A stretch of 64,000 bases of DNA. It comes from Octopus vulgaris (lineage: Eukaryota). The stretch covers positions 82,460,001-82,524,000 of the forward strand of contig OX597823.1 in assembly GCA_951406725.2 (NCBI GenBank), read 5' to 3'. Below are positions 55,835-64,000 of the stretch, one piece after another. Within the stretch, counting starts at the first letter, position 1; every line of letters begins with the position of its first letter. The notes below the pieces were generated by a model. That model was given only the letters and a program-made list of their open reading frames with translations, was not told where the DNA came from and did no database searches. Made by a program: the position numbers and the translations under genes.

Positions 55835-56515
55835 CTGTAATGACACAATGAAAAAGGAGAGTTCAGCTACGGTGCAAAAAATACGAAGCAATACTTCATA
55901 CAACGGATATAAAAGAAGATTGTTTTAAATAACAGCAAGTTCCGTGGTATCAGTGGTTGTGATGATATATTGTTTTGCTCATTAAAGATATGAAGTGATG
56001 GATCTCCGTCGTTCAAATTGAAGATTCACTTGTCCGGACAACTGAATTACCTCCTCTTGAATCAACGTGTAAGTGGCTGAGCAATTTCACAGACACGTGT
56101 ACCCTTGAATACACGTATATTTCGCAGTGTGACAGGTTACTTTTGAATTACAGATACAGCCCATCCGACGGCCTTTTCTACAGTTTTCTTCTACCCAATT
56201 GCTTACAGAAGCCAGTGGCCGATACAGGCTATAAAATAAAGTGAAAATTTTCCATGATACCTTGCCATAGGATAGAATTGCGGCCTTACTGCGTTGAAAT
56301 GGACTTTTTAAACATTCGTCCATACTGCACACATACACACACACGCTCATATTCACACGTACGCGCCCGCATCACACAGGCACGCTTATATAAACTACTA
56401 TGTTTAGAGATAATTGAGGTTTGGGGACAGGACGGGTATCCGGTAATAATAGAACTCCCTCAATGAATAATGTCTCATCCATGCATACATGGAAACGGAG
56501 ACGTTAAAACTATAC

Positions 56516-56549
<34 letters not shown>

Positions 56550-56580
56550 TAATAATAATTATAATAATAATAATAATAAC

Positions 56581-57132
56581 AGCCCTGGTGCAGTACCAGG
56601 CAGTGGCGCTCATGGCTTCTGATCTTAACTGATTGGAAATGTCATCATGTACATTGTTTTGTCTTGGTATAAAAGATGGGTTACAGCAAATATTCTGCTC
56701 AATACCACAGATTTGCTTGTCAGTTGTTTGACCTTAACCAGTTGAGCATGTCCCTTAGTGGCTGACGATATGTGCATCTCTGATCACAAGCAGGAGTAGT
56801 GGGGGAGCATCATAGTCATGTGCTGAGAATTCTTTGGGGTTTGAATTATTCACCTCTGGAAACATGGGTGTTTCGTTCAACATCCTTAAACAACCCTTAC
56901 TCAGGGACCTTTTGAGCGGGATGGGTTACTCGACCAGAAGAAAATTCTAACTGGGCACCACCTGCAAGGTCTTGTGGTGTTTATCTTGATATAAGATCAC
57001 TATGTCGCGCACATATGGTTGTGATGCAAGTTCTTAGTGTACTCTTATCAGACGAGTAATCACGATGGGTATACAGGGCTTCGTATATTTTACCCCAGTG
57101 TCATTTTGATGACATGCACTGCTCTCTCACTC
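56581..57132 (+). mobile_element. ~550-bp insertion inside an (AAT)n microsatellite; probable 3' end of a microsatellite-targeting non-LTR retrotransposon (Dong/R4-like)
   Basis: GC-richer block bounded by (AAT)n on both sides (56519-56579 and 57133-57197); no ORF. Family assignment is inference. Confidence 0.55.
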
Positions 57133-57198
<66 letters not shown>

Positions 57199-57384
57199 TT
57201 AATATAGACGGCCGTATGCAATGTTTTACCATAAAGGAAAACTATAATTGTCACTAAATATGATTAGACAGTTAGAACACTTACGTTGCTAGAAATAAAA
57301 GCTAAAAAGCTCAAATACTGTAGTTAAAGCATATAATTATATATATATGTACTGAGAGGGACTCGTAGACGTCCATAAGCATCG

Positions 57385-57455
57385 GTCGAGAATTCCCTAT
57401 ACTGATCGGCCAGTTTCAGCTAATTCCGTAGCCTCATCAGTAGGGACCGCTCGAC
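57385..57455 (-). ncRNA. Type I hammerhead ribozyme (intronic, sense to the neurofilament pre-mRNA)
   Basis: Minus strand reads GTCGAG-CGG-TCCCTA CTGATGA GGCTA-cggaat-TAGCT GAAA CTGG-ccga-TCAG TA TAGGGA-ATT-CTCGAC. The full catalytic core is present and all three stems pair. Cleavage triplet GUA. Confidence 0.85.
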
Positions 57456-58309
57456 TTCAGCTTTTTTCTAGACTTGCATCTCTATCACTACATATGTATT
57501 CGCCATATGTATAAGGGAAGCTGTACGTATATATTTAAATATATATTCCCATTAAGAAATTTATAGCGAAAAACTATTCAGTACAAGAATTATCAGAAAT
57601 ATCAGCTAAAAGAAAATTCAAAATGCAGATAATGTCAACAATACTTACACCTATATGATTATTCTTTTGAATGCATAACGCTGAAAGATCTGTTGAATGC
57701 AGAGATCTTTGTGAAATGCTATTCCAAGTTTATTTCACATTTAAATATAGTACTAAGGTTTGAATTATTTGACTTGGTATTATTCATTGTAAAATTTAGA
57801 ATATTAACATAAGAGTTATAGCTATAAATCACCACTGATATACCTTAGATCATACGCACGCGTGCACGACTGCATGTGTACATTAAAAATTAAAATACAT
57901 ATGTGTATTTATATTTTCTACCTAACACAGCAGTATATGTGTATACCTGTATAATTACAATCAGTCTTTCTCACTCTCTCTAAATGGTTAGTTCCCTATA
58001 TTGATGTTAGCATTACACTTCTTTTTTTTTATATCTCTCAGCGAGTGAGCTCCCTTGAAAAAATTATGTTAGAATACACTTTTGAGTATATCTGATACCA
58101 CAATCAATTGAATATGGACAGATTTATATTTTGTGCCATTGAATTATATCCAAAATTGCTTACATAACAGAAACACGTGTTGGGTTTTTGTGATTTATTC
58201 CTTTATTCTTCAATATAATACTGAATGTCTTATGTATGTATGTATGTATGTATGTATGTATGTATGTATGTATGTATGTGTGTATGTATGTATGTGCGTG
58301 TGTGTGCGT

Positions 58310-58460
58310 GCGTGTATGTGTGTGATTGTTTGTTCCTCACCAGCGTTTGATAACCAGTGTTCTTGCATTACGTTCCAGTAACTCAGCGGTTCCGTAAAAT
58401 CACCGATAGAATAAGTACCAGACTTTAAAAATGTGCTGGGGTGAATTTGTTTGATTAAAA
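58310..58460 (+). mobile_element. Family-A SINE 3' half
   Basis: gtaactcagcggttccgtaaaatcaccgatagaataagtacca matches 49250-49295. Confidence 0.65.
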
Positions 58461-58467
58461 TTTCTTT

Positions 58468-58502
<35 letters not shown>

Positions 58503-58535
58503 ATATTCGTGTATATATATATATATCTGCATCAC

Positions 58536-58578
<43 letters not shown>

Positions 58579-60605
58579 GTGTATCGTGAACTCTCTTGTT
58601 CACGATACACATACGTGCGCAATACATTAGCTGGCTCTCTCCAATTCAACATTGCACAGTGTACCATCCGTTGGATGTCAAAGTGATCGTAGTGTCACAT
58701 GAACTGAAACATGAACACAACCCATGATTTATTTTTCGTTCATATATGACTATTTATTGATAGATTGAATAAAATGGTGAGACGAATGCTGCTGAGAGAA
58801 AGACAACTGCATCTGATAATCTTCAGATGTCTTTGTATGTGCTTGTACGTGTGTGCACGTGTTTTATGTATTTTGTGCGTATTCTATAAAATATCATTTT
58901 TTTTTTTTTGTTAATTGTACAATTATACTGAATGAAACCACAGTTTTAATGTTGAAGATATTTTCTTATTCGAAGACAACAGGCATTCAAATTTCAAAAT
59001 AGAAATAAAAGTAAGAAATACCATGCATCATTATTTCTACAAATTTCCTTCTCTTAACATATTGATATACAATACTGAAGACGTATAAGAGAATGGAAAC
59101 GTAATACCATGCATATTCAATGATCCTAGCCATTGACGTTTCCATATAAAAGTGAATTTTGTATATCTCAAAGATCTTATTTACATCCATCTTATAAATT
59201 TCATTCTTTATTGTATTTCTGTGAAGCTAAGATGCTTCCTTCAAATGTTCATTCTGAAGAAGGACAAGTTACAGCATAAAATTGTTTTTTTTTTGAATAT
59301 TATCAATATTTTAGATGTAAACTTACATTTTTTATTGGATTCTCTGAATTAAAAGCAAAATTTATATCGAATACAGAATCCAATTTATATCTTAAGTTTC
59401 GAATCAATTTGGGGTGTATTTTATACTTCAGAAGAATATTATTCAGTGTAAATTGAAATATTTATGCATAACTTGTACCTTTCTTAGATTTTCTTATAGG
59501 TACAAATCGCGATATTTCGATATGATAAAAAAAACTCCGCAAGACAAAGATACATGATATATTACAGGAAATGAAAGGTAATCATGTTTTGAAATATTTT
59601 AATGGCCAGAAACGTATGAAATTTCTTGTTTTCCTTTACATTTTCTATCATCTTCTAACCAATGTTCCGAAAAGAAGTGACAGATAACGAATTAAATGGA
59701 ATTTTCCCGAATATGAATGTAAAAAGAAATGTTATGACGAATAGATAAACTGAGACCGAAATATCTTGTCAATGGCGAAGGGATCTAAAGACATGAAATA
59801 TAGAAAAATAAACAGGAAGCTATCATTCACCAGACATAAGAGCCGTCATGCGACCTACTTTTATGAAACGGAAATTAGTCAGTGACTGTGCCGTGTTCTA
59901 ATATTGGTGAGTTAACATGCATTCTAGAGAGTAGAGAGCATTTGACATCTCAATACGTCAAGACAGAAACAAGAAAAGAGAACTTGAGAAATCATGAAGA
60001 GGAAATACATAAATGCACTTGTAGATGGTTTTGGGATATATCACATGGTTGATATTCATATGGTTTCACTTAAGTTGTTGATTTGTTTCTAACATTATAT
60101 TTGATGTTCTGTTTAATTTGAAATTCGAAAACGGATGAAAAGTCGCTATTGTGATTCTGTTGGTTAAAGAATCAGTGTGTGTCAAATTAAGACAAAGAGT
60201 TTGATGAATTATCAGTTTGGTCTACATGCAAACACAAACAATAAAAACACAAAGAAAAATAAGTAAAAAAAAATTGAGATGTGATGAAAGAGTAGGGGAT
60301 AAAGGTGATATTTGATGTACATATTCTACATTACAGTTAAGGGTGGATGTCGATGATACTCATAATAATAGGGTCTACTACCACAAGTACAAGACCACAA
60401 AGTTTTGGATGAGATTACAGTTAATTTGACCGTAGACCAACATTGCACATGTGACTTTGTTTTATGAACCCTCGAAATATTCGTACCCAGAATATAAACG
60501 AATGCGTTTAATTACAGAGCATATTGCTCATCACTTTGAATATTCTTCTGATCCACTACGCTCTTCAATAATCGATTCGATCAGCTTGCCATCCCTTCCC
60601 TTCCC

Positions 60606-61220
60606 CAATAATGGTTACAAGTCTTTGGAAATTTTAAGTGGGAAAATTCCAGTCAACTGCATTGACCCAAGTGCTTAACTGGTACGTGATCTATCAGCGT
60701 CGAAAGGATGAAAGGAAAATCTCGGAGGGATATGAACTCAGAAGCATTTCGTCCGACGCTCTAATGATTCTGTCTGTTTGTCTTTTCTTATCTAATAATG
60801 ATAATAATTGCTTCAAATTTAGGCACAAAAGGAACTTTTTGAGGGGAAGGCTAAGTCGGTCGGTAAAACTCAGTATTAGATTGGTACTTTATTTTATCAA
60901 TCTCGAAAGAACGAAAGGCAAACTTGACCATGGCGTGATTTGAGAACCTAAAACTCCGGAACAAATATTGCCAGGCATTTTTAGTGACTCTAGTTACTCT
61001 GTCAATGTACTTTTTTCTCTAAGGCTTCTTTCAAATTTTGACCCAAAGACAGCAATTTTGAGACAGTTGCAAATCAATTACACCGACTCCGCTAATTTAT
61101 AGGTCCTTTATTTTATCGAAAGGATGAAATGGAAAGATAATTTCGGCAGGATTTGAACTCACAACGTATAGAGTCAAAAGAAATATTGCTAAGCATTTTG
61201 TCCTACGTACATACGCTTCT
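60606..61220 (-). mobile_element. Three head-to-tail degenerate family-C SINE copies
   Basis: The ...tggtac...gaaag(g)a(t/c)gaaa...(t)tgaactca... block recurs at about 60680-60740, 60880-60945 and 61100-61165. Confidence 0.7.
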
Positions 61221-63389
61221 CTAATAATGATAATACTGTTTCTAATTTAATAATGATTGTTTTTATCAAATGTTAGTAATTTCAATACTGATTTAATGTG
61301 GCCGGCAGAAGTAGCTTGCGTTCTGACTCAAACTCGTTGGCACAAAGCTTTTAACTCTCTGCATACCATATCAAAATTAACACTATATTTTGAAGGAACG
61401 TGTCAGAAACTGGAGGTAGAATGTATAGCATTTTTTCTTTAATTTCTTTCTGTCTTGAGACTGCAGCCATGTTAAGTCACCGGCTCGAAAGGTTTCGGAA
61501 GAAAGTACTTATTTATGTACCTACTCTTTCAGTCTTTGTATTTCAAGGATGCAACCAAATCGACATTGAATGCCAAACTTTGAAGGATAAAATCAAAGAA
61601 GCACACATTCCTATATGAACATGCACACACATATCGTTGCTATAATTCAAAATCTCGTAAGTTCAAATCGTTGCTTTTTCAGAAAACGAAAAAGTATTTT
61701 CGCCATTCCATAGCAAAACCGTAGTATTAAAACATTGACAATGTTTGATGTCTTGGCATCTGAAGTAGCTGGAGATGCGACAGTTAGATCAAAAGAACCG
61801 GCTATTGCAAGCCAAAGTTAATGTTGAATAAAATGCAATTGGCCAAATTTGGTCAATGACAGTTTAACGTAATAGTAATGATATGCAACACACTTCTTTG
61901 CAGTTTCCGTGTAACATACATATACAAATGGTATTAGTTGGTTTTGTATCTGCAATTCAAACCATGCATCCAAAGTGCAGTGCAGTGGGACAGAGCCTGC
62001 GAACTTCTGAACCACAGTGCCCTGTTTTTCTAAAATAACATCTTTGAAGAGAGGAAATGATTGAAACCTGAAATCGAAACCTTAAATGCAGGTTTGCTTT
62101 ATTATAAGTAATATCATCAAATTAGATAAATCTGATAATTTTGAATATTTTTATAAAAATAAAATACAAATATTATAGGTGGTCAGTTCACTCGTTCTTG
62201 TTTATTTCCATGTAAACTCTGAGCGCGATCTTTCATTAAATGAGTTAGTATGAAGACGACAAGAAGCTATACCGGATATTATTATCAGGAAAAGTGAATC
62301 TGACCTTAGAAATTATACTACGAATACCATAGCAGACATGCTATAATATGTATATTAATATAAATGTTTTAAATTTATGCCGACGATATAATAAAACCAT
62401 AAACAAGAACAAGGTCAGCAATAATAACAAAGAAATGATAAAATTATTTCCAAATAGAGGTACAAGGTCACATATTTTGGGAAGTAACTTTCATATAATT
62501 TAATCGCCTACTCTGTCCGGTTCCTATTTTATATGCCCCGGTCTCTTCTAACATTCGGTCATGTGCAAGCATTAAACGTTAGACGCTTGAATGATATATC
62601 ATTGGGTTCAAAGAATTTTAATGTATGGAGAGTTCCTCAGAGTGGTTTGGGACAAATTTTAGAATATTAAATAAGGCTTCTATCGTTTCCAGTCATTTCA
62701 CTTCAGTTTTCAATGCTAATACAAATTCTTACATCCGTACGAAGTAAAAAGTGTATAGCTTTTACGAATGAGTTCGTTTTCCAAGCATTTCAATATGGCG
62801 TTAAACAGCAATCAGAACTGGTTTACACGCTTTTTCCTGATATGCCGATTTTCCATTTCTTGAAGAACAATAATGAATATTTTCTATAGAACTATTTCGT
62901 TTTGTCATTTTATTTTATGGGGCATGAAATACAGTAAATTAAAATTCTCCTAAAAAATTAAACCAGACTAGTTTAAACAATTCAGCATCGTAGGGTATCA
63001 ACACTGGTTAGCTAGTTTTGATGAGACGTGACGTAACAGGAACTTAAACAAGCAAGACAGCTCATCAAACTAGTAAGCAGTAGATTACATCCACTTTTCA
63101 GTAACGTTCAAGTTGGGTGAGTAAGATGCAAGTATTAACGATTGGAAAGACAGTGAAGGTAAGAATATTTCTAACAAAAGAAAGCATTGCAGTCGAACTC
63201 TTTCTTACATATGTGCAAAACCAGAAATTGAGGGAGGGAACACTCAACAGCAGCAGTAGTACATTATTTAATGGGCTCTAGAAAGATTAAAAGCAAGGTT
63301 AACCACTGCAGAATTTGAGTTCAGATGTGGCTGTAAATGTGCGAGGCACTTTTTCTAATGATCTACTGATTCTTCAAGTTAAATAATAA

Positions 63390-63585
63390 TAATCCCTTCA
63401 GTTTTAGGCACAAAGCCAGAAACCTTGAGGAGAAGGGACTGCCCGACATCATTGAACCAATACTTGTCTGGTAGTTTATCTTATTGATCCTAGGAGGATC
63501 AAAGGCAAAGCTGATTTCAGCAGGATTTGAACTCAGGACTACGGAGCTGGAACAAATACTGCAAGATTCTACTACTCTACCAACC
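63390..63585 (-). mobile_element. Degenerate family-C SINE
   Basis: ttttaggcacaaagccag...ggaggatcaaaggcaaagctgatttcagcaggatttgaactcag. Confidence 0.6.
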
Positions 63586-64000
63586 ACACAGATCAAATTG
63601 CGGAAGGGGGGGTTATTAATTATAATGTTCATGCTTTACTCGAGAACATAAATTGTCATACGAAAAAGAAAGGGTTCCAAACTGAAAATTAAAACCAAAC
63701 CACGGAGTCAGTCTACAGAAAACTAAGGCCTATAATGTAATGACTACTTATTACGAATTGTTAATGATAATAAAGTATAGGGGTGATGATTATGAAGGTC
63801 ATATGAAAATGATGATGATGTTGATGATGATAATAATAATAAATAAATAACAATAATAATAATATAATAATAATAATAATAGCAGTAATATTGTAAGGTA
63901 GATCATCTTACATGTGTAACTGTATCTGCTTCCTGTGAGTAGAAAAATATATATATGCAATGAATAAACAGGCGGGGGTTTATGGATATAATAGTAAAAT

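Noticed and set aside
55835-64000. Expected upstream rod and head exons
   Set aside because: No coiled-coil-like exon with a suitable donor found by eye; they presumably lie beyond the window, though a small exon could have been missed.

Overview
AT-rich, microsatellite-dense eukaryotic genomic DNA, almost certainly a coleoid cephalopod and probably Octopus (inferred from the neurofilament protein and the SINE families). The window holds the 3' part of one minus-strand neurofilament (intermediate filament) gene. I assembled it by hand from GT/AG boundaries and reading-frame phase. Four rod exons (96, 162, 126 and 221 nt) end in a phase-2 donor after the IF signature [17 protein letters not shown]. 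That donor can join either (i) a giant ~6.5-kb terminal exon encoding a KSP/SEK-repeat tail (NF220-like) or (ii) a 113-nt linker exon. The linker joins either a short terminal exon (NF60-like) or four lamin-tail-domain exons ~20 kb away (NF70-like). This three-isoform design is known from squid, so it is not new in itself. The 5' exons lie beyond the window. The less expected observations are an apparently intact type I hammerhead ribozyme on the pre-mRNA strand of an intron (57385-57455), a frame-preserving 51-nt candidate cassette exon just before the linker exon, other candidate alternative exons, a greatly expanded 69-nt/15-nt repeat tail carrying probable assembly indels, a 387-bp Helitron, a TSD-flanked dimeric SINE, and several intronic inverted repeats. 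Family names and comparisons to other species come from memory and need database confirmation.
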